Origin: an uncultured Candidatus Saccharibacteria bacterium
GTDB lineage: Bacteria > Patescibacteriota > Minisyncoccia > Phycocordibacterales > CAIZLB01
Assembly: GCA_964460835.1 (NCBI GenBank)
Contig: CAYWQF010000001.1
Location: forward strand, 1 to 59,087
Length of the DNA: 59,087 nt
Reading direction: 5' to 3'
Made by a program: the position numbers and the translations under genes. The notes beneath the pieces are model-generated. The model was given only the letters and a program-made list of their open reading frames with translations, did not search any database and was not told where the DNA came from. Shown here piece by piece: positions 27,161 through 34,411 of this stretch; the first letter of the stretch is position 1, and each line of letters opens with the position of its first letter.

Positions 27161-29116
27161 ATGAATAAAAAAATATCAAACGCGTCTGCGCGTTCATCGT
27201 CTACTGGCGGTGTAAAAAAGACATCATCAATTAAAAAAACGCATAAGTCTGAGTCTCATAAGTCTGCATCAAATGCGCATAAGACTGCGTCACACAGTTC
27301 TGCGGCTCATAGTCACAGTCCTATTTTGCAATCACCTTCAAAGTCAGCGTTAGCTGCCTCAGCAAACGCTGTGTCACATCCTGCACTTCGAACTTTCTCT
27401 GCACCAAAGCCATCTTACGGTGGTTCAAATAGTTATGGTCCAAGATCTGGCGGCGCATCTCATGGCGCGTCACGAGGAGGTTCATCATCTTACGGTGGTT
27501 CTAGTTCATCAAGAGGCGGTTCTTCTTATGGCGCATCACGTTCTGGTGGCTCTTCATATGGTGGCTCTTACTCATCACGATCTAGTGGAGGATACTCTGG
27601 TGGAGCTAGTGCTGGTGGTTACAGTTCACGAGGCGGTTCATCATCATACGGTCATTCAAGATCAAGTGGTGGTTACTCTAGTGCACCGCGTTCTGGTGGA
27701 TCATCATACGGATCACAGTCCGGTGGTTCTTCTTACGGCGCTAGTGCCGGCGGATACAGTTCACGAGGCGCTTCGTCTTATGGCCCTTCACGATCTGGTG
27801 GCTCATCATACGGTGCATCACGTTCAGGAGGTTCATCATATGGCTCACGAGGAGGTTCTTCTTATGGCGCGTCACGGTCCGGAGGCTACGGCTCACGAGG
27901 CGGTTCATCTTCATCACACGGTGGATACGCTCGTGGCGGTTCAGCTGGTATGGTACGAGGAGGTGGCGGACGAAACAAAGGTCAGTACATAGATGTAAAT
28001 CGTTTTATAAATAAAATAAAAGAACACGATGGTCACGCTTCAGCTGAAGCGGCAAAAGCTGCGGCTCCAAAGCCAAAGCATACATTCAATGATTTTAATA
28101 TCGCTGAAGATATTAAGAAGAGAATTGCGTTAAAAGGTTTTGTGACTCCAAGTCCAATACAAGATGGTGCTATTCCTTACATCATAGAAGGTAAAGACGT
28201 AGTCGGTATTGCCAACACAGGTACAGGTAAAACAGCGGCTTTCCTTATTCCTCTAGTAAATAAAGTAATAAATAATCCAAAAGAAGAAGTGCTTATCATG
28301 GCACCGACTCGAGAGCTTGCAATACAGATAGAAGAAGAGCTTTTGGTGTTTATTAAAAATACAAAAATATATTCTGTATGTTGCGTTGGAGGTGCTCATA
28401 TACGAAAGCAAATGTCAGAACTTAGATATTTCAACAACTTCGTTATCGGTACTCCGGGCCGTCTAAAAGATCTTGGCGAGCGAAAGTGTATTGATTTTTC
28501 AAAGTTTACAAATGTTGTACTCGATGAGGCTGACAGAATGCTAGATATGGGATTCATCGCTGATATGCGTTTCATGCTTGGTAAAATGCCAAAGACAAGA
28601 CAGACTCTTTTCTTCACAGCGACAATGTCAAAAGATATTGAAAAGCTTATTCATGAATTCTTGAACAATCCTATAACTGTATCTGTAAAGACAGGTGATA
28701 CTTCAAAGAGTGTTGATCAAGATGTAGTGCGAGTAGAAAGAGGTGCGTCAAAGATAGACAAGCTTCACGCTCTACTTTCTGATACAAAAGAATTTAATAA
28801 AGTGCTTATATTCGGTCAGACAAAGAGTGGTGTTGAAAGACTCACCGAAGACCTTATAAAACTTGGTCATAAAGCAGGTTCTATACATGGTGACAAAAAC
28901 CATTACCAGAGACAGAAAACGCTAAAGAATTTCAAAGATAATCTTATAAACATTCTTGTAGCGACAGATGTAGCTGCGCGAGGTTTGGATATCGCCGATG
29001 TATCTCATGTGATCAACTATGAGCTACCTATGACTTATGAGGACTATGTACACCGAATCGGCCGAACAGGCCGTGGTGGTAAGCTGGGTAAGGCACTGAC
29101 TTTCGTGGCGCATTAG
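27161..29116 (+). CDS. DEAD-box ATP-dependent RNA helicase with ~270-aa N-terminal Ser/Gly/Tyr/Arg low-complexity region
   Basis: Q-motif region (GFVTPSPIQ), motif I ANTGTGKTAAF, Ia PTRELA, II VLDEADRMLDMGF, III FTATM, VI HRIGRTGRGG. Confidence 0.9.
   Translation: MNKKISNASARSSSTGGVKKTSSIKKTHKSESHKSASNAHKTASHSSAAHSHSPILQSPSKSALAASANAVSHPALRTFSAPKPSYGGSNSYGPRSGGASHGASRGGSSSYGGSSSSRGGSSYGASRSGGSSYGGSYSSRSSGGYSGGASAGGYSSRGGSSSYGHSRSSGGYSSAPRSGGSSYGSQSGGSSYGASAGGYSSRGASSYGPSRSGGSSYGASRSGGSSYGSRGGSSYGASRSGGYGSRGGSSSSHGGYARGGSAGMVRGGGGRNKGQYIDVNRFINKIKEHDGHASAEAAKAAAPKPKHTFNDFNIAEDIKKRIALKGFVTPSPIQDGAIPYIIEGKDVVGIANTGTGKTAAFLIPLVNKVINNPKEEVLIMAPTRELAIQIEEELLVFIKNTKIYSVCCVGGAHIRKQMSELRYFNNFVIGTPGRLKDLGERKCIDFSKFTNVVLDEADRMLDMGFIADMRFMLGKMPKTRQTLFFTATMSKDIEKLIHEFLNNPITVSVKTGDTSKSVDQDVVRVERGASKIDKLHALLSDTKEFNKVLIFGQTKSGVERLTEDLIKLGHKAGSIHGDKNHYQRQKTLKNFKDNLINILVATDVAARGLDIADVSHVINYELPMTYEDYVHRIGRTGRGGKLGKALTFVAH
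27420..27960 (+). repeat. degenerate tandem coding repeats (GGSSYGASRSGG-type units)
   Basis: Repeated ggtggttc(a/t)tc(a/t)ta(c/t)gg...cg(a/t)tc(t/a)gg units can be seen by eye. They translate to an SYG/SRSGG-rich tract. Confidence 0.7.
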
Positions 29117-29138
29117 AAATTGTCCGCTCGCATAAGTA

Positions 29139-29166
29139 AAATAGCCTTATTTATAGGGCTATTTTG
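29139..29166 (+). terminator. intrinsic terminator after DEAD-box helicase gene
   Basis: AATAGCC ... GGCTATT hairpin followed by TTT. Confidence 0.5.
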
Positions 29167-29180
29167 TCTACTTTGTGCCA

Positions 29181-29210
29181 TTGACAGTAATGATATTTTT
29201 GTAGTATAAT
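29181..29210 (+). promoter_or_regulatory. sigma70-like promoter for the DGR target transcript
   Basis: TTGACA (29181-86), an 18-nt spacer, then TATAAT (29205-10). About 225 nt upstream of the ATG at 29436. Confidence 0.5.
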
Positions 29211-29435
29211 ATAAGAAGTAAATTGAACCTTAAAAATCAAGGTTTTTCACCACAGCATAGAGTGTTTGTAGTATTTGCAATTTTGCACACAAAACTCGAA
29301 CGCATCTGTGCTGTGGTGAAAGGTGAAAGATCCTGAATCCGTGAGAATAACCTTAGGAAATCCGAAGGTAAAAACTCAACAGTAAATCGAAAGAAAAAAC
29401 TGAAAAAATGCGTAAGAAAGCGCATAACACAGAAC

Positions 29436-30164
29436 ATGAATGCAAAACAAACGCCGAAGCTCGCGGCAGCAATCACTGAGCACCAGGAGGCCTTTGAAAA
29501 TCTCCTCACGACAGAAGAGGCACAAGCTGCTATTCGTGACCCTCGCGGGTTCATCGCAGCGGCTTGTGAGGCTTGGAAAGTCCGGCTGAACAAGACTCTT
29601 GTTTTCAACGAACAACTCACCGACTGGCGCCACTTCTACCGTGAAGTCTTCAGCTTCACTGACACAGAGTCAATCAACCCGACTTTGCCATTAGAAACCA
29701 CCGGCTTCAACTGGCTAGTCGTCGTTCGCAAAGGCCTCACACTCAACAAAGTACTTGAGGTCATGTGTACCAAGTTCAATGTTTATAGCTACATCGGCGA
29801 CGACTTGGACAAAGGAGTCCCGACCAACGATCGCACTGCCGACAATGACTACACCATCAGCGTCCGCGACTGCGTTGAAGCTGACGAGGAAAACAAAAAA
29901 CTCTCTGCAAACCAGATCAAGGAAAAGAGAACCATCAGTATGACACTTCTCGAGCGTCTGCTGTTGGAACTCTTCTATTTCTGGGAGACGGGAGGACAGC
30001 ATCTCGACATCAGGAATGTGACGCTCTGTTCAGGTTCGCGCTACTCGGGCGGTGGCGTCCCGAGCGTCTGTTGGGACTCCGACAGCAGCAAGGTCAGCAT
30101 CGGCTGGTATCACACTGGCTATTCCGACGGCGATTTGCGGGCTCGTGAAGCAGTTGTCGGGTAA
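29436..30164 (+). CDS. DGR target (variable) protein
   Basis: 242-aa ORF, GC-rich, with no signal peptide. Its last ~40 codons (GSRYSGGGVPSVCWDSDSSKVSIGWYHTGYSDGDLRARE) form the variable repeat matching the template repeat. Confidence 0.75.
   Translation: MNAKQTPKLAAAITEHQEAFENLLTTEEAQAAIRDPRGFIAAACEAWKVRLNKTLVFNEQLTDWRHFYREVFSFTDTESINPTLPLETTGFNWLVVVRKGLTLNKVLEVMCTKFNVYSYIGDDLDKGVPTNDRTADNDYTISVRDCVEADEENKKLSANQIKEKRTISMTLLERLLLELFYFWETGGQHLDIRNVTLCSGSRYSGGGVPSVCWDSDSSKVSIGWYHTGYSDGDLRAREAVVG
30032..30147 (+). other. DGR variable repeat (VR)
   Basis: Ungapped hand alignment with 30505..30620 gives 98/116 identical. Of the 18 differences, 17 are at positions where the other copy has A (14 G, 2 T and 1 C in this copy). 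Confidence 0.85.
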
Positions 30165-30190
30165 TCTTGTACCTTTCGGTCTTGAAACCT

Positions 30191-30216
30191 GTCGAGCACC
30201 GATATGGGTGCTCGAC
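30191..30216 (+). promoter_or_regulatory. GC-rich hairpin downstream of VR (possible DGR homing-associated stem-loop)
   Basis: GTCGAGCACC (30191-30200) / GGTGCTCGAC (30207-16) with a 6-nt loop. It starts 44 nt after the VR end. A second hairpin, AATCGCCACC/GGTGGCGATT, lies at 30224-30255. Confidence 0.5.
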
Positions 30217-30504
30217 CAAAATCAATCGCCACCTTGCGTAAGCGGGGTGGCGATTTTATATTGCCTAAATTTTGCCGGCTGTGGATTATTCTTTTAAAAC
30301 TTTTATATAAAATAATGTACAATGTGCAAGGCTAATACAATCGGTTCGTGAGAAATTATGAATATCGATTTGCCATAAGAAACTGCCTATTTTGCTTATG
30401 AGTGAGATAGCATCAGGACTCAAAACTTAGCTGACTTGGATCAGATAACTCAAGCGATTTTGAAAAAGGTCACTGGTGTATATAGACGGTGAAAGGTAGC
30501 ATAG

Positions 30505-30620
30505 AGGTTCGCGCTACTCGGACGGTAACGTCCCGAACGTCAATTGGAACTCCGACAACAGCAAGGTCAACATCAATTGGTATAACACTGACAATTCCAA
30601 CGACAATTTGCGGGCTCGTG
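30505..30620 (+). other. DGR template repeat (TR)
   Basis: Non-coding copy. An in-frame stop at 30497-99 lies just upstream and there is no start codon. It is rich in AAY codons (GSRYSDGNVPNVNWNSDNSKVNINWYNTDNSNDNLRAR) exactly where the VR differs. Confidence 0.85.
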
Positions 30621-30707
30621 CAGAAGTTTCGACAAAATAAGAGCGTAAGAATAACATCCAGCGTTCTTATTTTTTTGCCAATTTTTTATCTATATTTTTA
30701 AACCTAC

Positions 30708-31049
30708 TCATCTGAGATATTTTTCCCAACCAGATGTCATTTTAGAAATTTCCTGTAATTTTTCTTGAATAGCAATATATTTTCTTTGTTCTATTATTTT
30801 TAGATCGCCAGGTACGCGGCACAAATGCTTAACTATTTCTATATGTATCCTGAGCTCTCTTATGATGACGAGTTTGTTTTTTCTACTTGAAAGTGAAGAC
30901 TCTAGACTTAAACCAAGACAATCAAGCGCAGACTTTTCAATTTTCTGCCATATTCCAAATCTGTTCAATTTGGATATTTTAGTACCAGTTTTATATATTT
31001 CCTTATATAATTCAGTGACATGAAAAACTACGGGAGCAACAGTGGAACC
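30708..31049 (-). CDS. four-helix-bundle protein (23S rRNA-IVS / DGR Avd-like accessory protein), start unresolved
   Basis: ELYKEIYKTGTKISKLNRFGIWQKIEKSALDCLGLSLES resembles the EIYKLTKKFPKEE(K/R)(Y/F)GLxSQ(I/L)RRAAxSIxxNIAEG core of this family. There is no ATG/GTG/TTG between the homologous region and the ORF-track ATG at 31250. An ATG at 31107 becomes in-frame if the C9 tract loses one base. Confidence 0.6.
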   Translation of the reverse strand, partial: GSTVAPVVFHVTELYKEIYKTGTKISKLNRFGIWQKIEKSALDCLGLSLESSLSSRKNKLVIIRELRIHIEIVKHLCRVPGDLKIIEQRKYIAIQEKLQEISKMTSGWEKYLR

Positions 31050-31053
31050 TTGA

Positions 31054-32193
31054 GTCGTCGCGGGGGGGGGTAGAGTTCTGATTTTTAAAGATATTGTTTG
31101 TGTCCATAATTTATTTGATGCTTGGAATGAGTTTAAGCGCGGGAAGATTAAAAAGCAAGATGTACAAGAGTTTTTGTTGAATTTAGAGGATAATATTTTT
31201 AAATTACAAAAAGATCTTTTGGACAAAAAGTGGGAACCAGACCCATACAAAGCCTTTTATGTTCGTGACCCAAAGCTTAGACATATACATAAAGCTTCTG
31301 TCAGAGACAGAGTATTGTATCAAGCTGTATATAGAAAGTTGTATGGTGCTTTCGATAAACATTTTATATATGATTCATATTCTTGCAGGAGCGATAAAGG
31401 GTTACACAAAGGTTATAGACGGTTAGAACTGTTTATTAGAAAGTCTACAAAAAATTATACTATGACATCTTATGTACTTAAATGTGACATAAGAAAGTTT
31501 TTTGATTCGATATCGCACGATAAACTTTTTAGTTTGATTTATAAAAAGATAGTCGATCAAGATATTTTACAATTGGTTAAACAAATTCTCGACAGTTTTT
31601 CTAAAAATGAAGGAGTCGGCCTACCTCTTGGAAATGTTACTAGCCAGCTATTTTCAAATATTTATTTAAATGAACTTGACCAATTTATTAAACACAAATT
31701 GAAGGTAAAATATTATGCCCGTTACTGTGACGATTTTGTAATAGTAAATTCAAGCGAGGAAAAATTGGAGTATTTTATAAAGCAGATTGATTATTTTCTT
31801 AAAGTAAACTTGAGGGTGAACCTACATCCTAAAAAAGTAATCATAAGAAAAGTCAGTCGCGGTATTGATTTTTTAGGTTATATATCTATGAGGAGTCATT
31901 CTTTACTGCGGACTAATACAAAAAAGAGGATTATAAAGAAAATAGATAGACTCGTATTTGAAGGTGGCCGTGAAAAATTGCAACGATGTTTGCCGTCCTA
32001 CCTAGGTATTTTGAAGCATACTCATGGCAATAAAATTGCGGATATTATTTATAAAAAAATAAAGCCAATATTTGTAGAAGAAATAAATATGTATGAGAGA
32101 ATGTTTAAAAGTATATATTTAGCATTAGAAAAATATCATCTCAAAATATCTAGTTTGTCTGTTACGCAGTCAGATATTCTGCCAAAAAAGTAG
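31054..32193 (+). CDS. DGR-type reverse transcriptase (open frame from 31054; start unresolved)
   Basis: FKDIVCVHNLFDAWNEFKRGKIKKQDVQEFLLNLEDNIF is a typical DGR RT N-terminus and lies upstream of the ORF-track start at 31174. Other motifs: CDIRKFFDSISHD, GLPLGNVTSQLFSNIYLNELD ((I/L)GxxxSQ) and YARYCDDFVIV (YxDD). The ATG at 31020 is one frame off, separated by the G9 tract. Confidence 0.85.
   Translation, partial: VVAGGGRVLIFKDIVCVHNLFDAWNEFKRGKIKKQDVQEFLLNLEDNIFKLQKDLLDKKWEPDPYKAFYVRDPKLRHIHKASVRDRVLYQAVYRKLYGAFDKHFIYDSYSCRSDKGLHKGYRRLELFIRKSTKNYTMTSYVLKCDIRKFFDSISHDKLFSLIYKKIVDQDILQLVKQILDSFSKNEGVGLPLGNVTSQLFSNIYLNELDQFIKHKLKVKYYARYCDDFVIVNSSEEKLEYFIKQIDYFLKVNLRVNLHPKKVIIRKVSRGIDFLGYISMRSHSLLRTNTKKRIIKKIDRLVFEGGREKLQRCLPSYLGILKHTHGNKIADIIYKKIKPIFVEEINMYERMFKSIYLALEKYHLKISSLSVTQSDILPKK
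31062..31070. repeat. G9/C9 homopolymer at the junction of the divergent RT and Avd-like frames
   Basis: The block cggggggggg was read directly. It is a conspicuous homopolymer in this AT-rich stretch. Confidence 0.95.
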
Positions 32194-32201
32194 CAAAAAG
32201 C

Positions 32202-34001
32202 CTAAGACGCATGCACCTTCGCGCTTGCCGGCACCTCATGAGCAGGAGATTGTGATAGTGCAGCTCGTATATCTTCCTTTGTACCATCTACTTTTTTGCC
32301 AGGGTTGAAGATATTTTTTGCATCAAATATATTCTTTGTTTGCTTGAAAAGCCCGTACACTTCTTCGCCATACATTTGCTTTAGGTATGGAGTTCGTATT
32401 ATGCCGTCATTGTGCTCAGCGGTTATAGAACCTTTGTATTTCAAAACCAAATCGTATACCTTTGCAGATAGTTCGAGTATTATGTCGGCAGAGTATTTGT
32501 CATTTAGATCCATCAGAGGAATGATATGGAAGTTACCATTGCCAGCATGTCCTGCTACTGTATATACAAGTTTATATTCAGCTATGAGTGCTTGTAGTTT
32601 TGGTAAAAACTCTGGCAAACAATCTGGTGGCACAATGACATCATCTATGAAAGGTGCAGTACGTTTGTTGTGTACATGTTTTCGCAGTAGGTTAAAGCTC
32701 TCACGACGTATTCGCCAATATTTTTCTGCCTCGCCACTATTTCGAGCAACTCGCATTTTGTATTTAAAATGCTTCACTGTCTTTTTTATCGCCTCGAGTT
32801 TTTCTCGTACCGCTTCATCTGATACACCAGATACTTCGACTATGATAGTGAGCTTTGGTATACCACCCGTGAGCATCATCAAAGCCTCAGGTAAAAATCG
32901 CAAGCCAAGCTTCAACGTCTCTATTGGTCCAAGATATGTGATGAAATCAAAGAAGAATCGCACCGCAAGCTTCATACTATAGTCATCATAAGACTCGAGA
33001 CTATCTGGCTTGAAGGGGAGTATTTCTTTTACAAGTCCGCCTAGATTTTTTATATTTGGCATAAATATCGCCAATACATTTGAATATTTTTCTACTGGTA
33101 CTAGTCGCCATTTTATACGAGTCACTATACCAAGCGTTCCTTGCGAGCCGACGATGAGTTTACAAAGATCAAAGACTTTTTTATCTTCATTCCATATATT
33201 CCAGAGATAGTAGCCAGCACTATTTTTTGAAACATTTGGCTTTGCCGATTTTATAGTTTCCATATTTGTACGTATGAGTGTCCATATATCATTGTAAACT
33301 CGTGACTCAAATGTATCACCAAGAGTTTTTGCTTTGAGCTCTGCTTCACTGAGCGCTCGTACTGTGTATTCCTTTCCATCACTAAAGACCACAGACAATT
33401 CTTCTACGTAGTTTTCTACTTTGCCGTACTTGATAGTTTTTTCACCACCGGCGTTGTTTGCCACCATTCCACCTACTGCACATATTTCTTTTGAGGCTGT
33501 GAATGCGGGCATTATCCTATCTATCTTCAAACTTTCTTTTTCAAAATCTCGATAAAAACATCCAGGTTCTACTATGCCGTACTCAGGCGTGATCTCGATT
33601 ACCTGATTCATATATCTAGTGAAGTCTAGGATGAGTGAATGGTTGAGTGAGCCTCCTGACATACAAGTACCAGCAGATCTTGCTGTGATAGAAAGTTCTG
33701 GGTAAATTTCTTTGTGAGACGCAACCCAAGATACAAGTTTCTGTACATCATCACTGTCTTTAGGGTAGAGGACTGCGGTTGGACGTACTTCAAAAAGACT
33801 AGCGTCATGAGAATGTTCTTTTAAAGATGTTTCTGTTATCTCTATATCTCCTTTAAATATTTTTGTAATAGCCTCGTATATTTCTTTTCTGAGTTCTGTC
33901 GGCGCATTTTTTGTCATTTTTTTTGTCGGCTGATTTTCTGTATCACTTATCATATCTTCATTTTCATTATTCATATATTCATATATTAACACGCGCAACA
34001 C
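32202..34001 (-). CDS. FAD-linked oxidase (GlcD / D-lactate dehydrogenase-like)
   Basis: PCMH-type FAD-binding domain (ITARSAGTCMSGGS; GGMVANNAGG) and a C-terminal FAD-oxidase block (GSITAEHNDGIIRTPYL). The start is ambiguous: GTG at 34001 or ATG at 33974. Confidence 0.85.
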   Translation of the reverse strand: MLRVLIYEYMNNENEDMISDTENQPTKKMTKNAPTELRKEIYEAITKIFKGDIEITETSLKEHSHDASLFEVRPTAVLYPKDSDDVQKLVSWVASHKEIYPELSITARSAGTCMSGGSLNHSLILDFTRYMNQVIEITPEYGIVEPGCFYRDFEKESLKIDRIMPAFTASKEICAVGGMVANNAGGEKTIKYGKVENYVEELSVVFSDGKEYTVRALSEAELKAKTLGDTFESRVYNDIWTLIRTNMETIKSAKPNVSKNSAGYYLWNIWNEDKKVFDLCKLIVGSQGTLGIVTRIKWRLVPVEKYSNVLAIFMPNIKNLGGLVKEILPFKPDSLESYDDYSMKLAVRFFFDFITYLGPIETLKLGLRFLPEALMMLTGGIPKLTIIVEVSGVSDEAVREKLEAIKKTVKHFKYKMRVARNSGEAEKYWRIRRESFNLLRKHVHNKRTAPFIDDVIVPPDCLPEFLPKLQALIAEYKLVYTVAGHAGNGNFHIIPLMDLNDKYSADIILELSAKVYDLVLKYKGSITAEHNDGIIRTPYLKQMYGEEVYGLFKQTKNIFDAKNIFNPGKKVDGTKEDIRAALSQSPAHEVPASAKVHAS

Positions 34002-34030
34002 TTATCCACAGCTTTTTATAGGTGTCTTTA

Positions 34031-34060
34031 TTGACAGGTGAACCATAGTTCACCTATACT
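34031..34060 (+). promoter_or_regulatory. promoter with embedded LexA (Cheo-type) SOS box
   Basis: TTGACA (34031-36) and TATACT (34055-60) are separated by the perfect palindrome GGTGAAC-CATA-GTTCACC (34037-54). Its core GAAC-N4-GTTC is the Gram-positive-type LexA operator. Confidence 0.75.
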
Positions 34061-34099
34061 ATAAACATACAAATAACGCGCAGGTGCGCATAAAAAACA

Positions 34100-34297
34100 A
34101 TGACAAAAATGACACTCATGTTTAGAATCAGAAAGGAATTACGAAAGCTCAATGACCGTATAGATTGTAAAATCGTAAACGGTGAAGGGTATGAAAGAGA
34201 GTCTCGACGACACAAGGATCTTATTCTTCAACTCCGAAGACTTGAGAGTGAGGCATCACTTGCTCGTACATTTTCACTTGCGTCATTTCTTTTCTAA
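34100..34297 (+). CDS. small hypothetical protein in the lexA leader (putative SOS-induced)
   Basis: 65-aa ORF starting 40 nt after the -10 box. Basic coiled-coil-like with a hydrophobic tail (FSLASFLF). Coding status is uncertain. Confidence 0.35.
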   Translation: MTKMTLMFRIRKELRKLNDRIDCKIVNGEGYERESRRHKDLILQLRRLESEASLARTFSLASFLF

Positions 34298-34411
34298 TCT
34301 CATATAATGTATTGTGGTAGTATTAAGTCAGTATTAGGCAAAGAGAATTATTAGGCCGAGAGAATTTTTAAAATTTTACATCAGTTCAAATCCCAAAAAT
34401 ACCAATAAGTA

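Larger units (their letters stand above)
29436..32193 (+). mobile_element. diversity-generating retroelement (DGR) cassette: target gene/VR - TR - Avd-like gene (reverse strand) - RT
   Basis: See the component features below: the VR/TR pair with adenine-specific differences, and an RT with DGR-type motifs. Confidence 0.85.

Noticed and set aside
27420-27992. 190-aa alternative-frame ORF (His/Val/Leu-rich) inside the DEAD-box helicase repeat region, and possible CRISPR-like periodicity
   Set aside because: The periodicity comes from in-frame degenerate coding repeats contiguous with the helicase core. There is no repeat-spacer architecture with constant repeats and unique spacers.
29237-29633. 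127-aa and 85-aa minus-strand ORFs across the DGR target leader and 5' end
   Set aside because: They are antisense to a promoter-plus-leader-plus-gene arrangement that is well supported. Composition is odd (Cys/Phe/Ser-rich) and no signals were seen.
30052-30322. 81-aa plus-strand and 67-aa minus-strand ORFs across the VR and downstream hairpins
   Set aside because: These are alternative-frame or antisense artefacts of the GC-rich target-gene end. They have no start context and overlap well-supported features.
30489-30701. 70-aa ORF covering the template repeat
   Set aside because: It reads the TR in a frame different from the VR-homologous frame. The VR-homologous frame has a stop just upstream and no start, consistent with a non-coding TR RNA rather than a gene.
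32296-32982. 228-aa plus-strand ORF antisense to the FAD-linked oxidase gene
   Set aside because: The minus-strand product has clear FAD-oxidase motifs along its full length. The antisense ORF has no motifs and a Ser/Phe/Ile-rich shadow composition. The same reasoning applies to 10326..10760, 19557..19961, 43305..43709 and 53945..54328.
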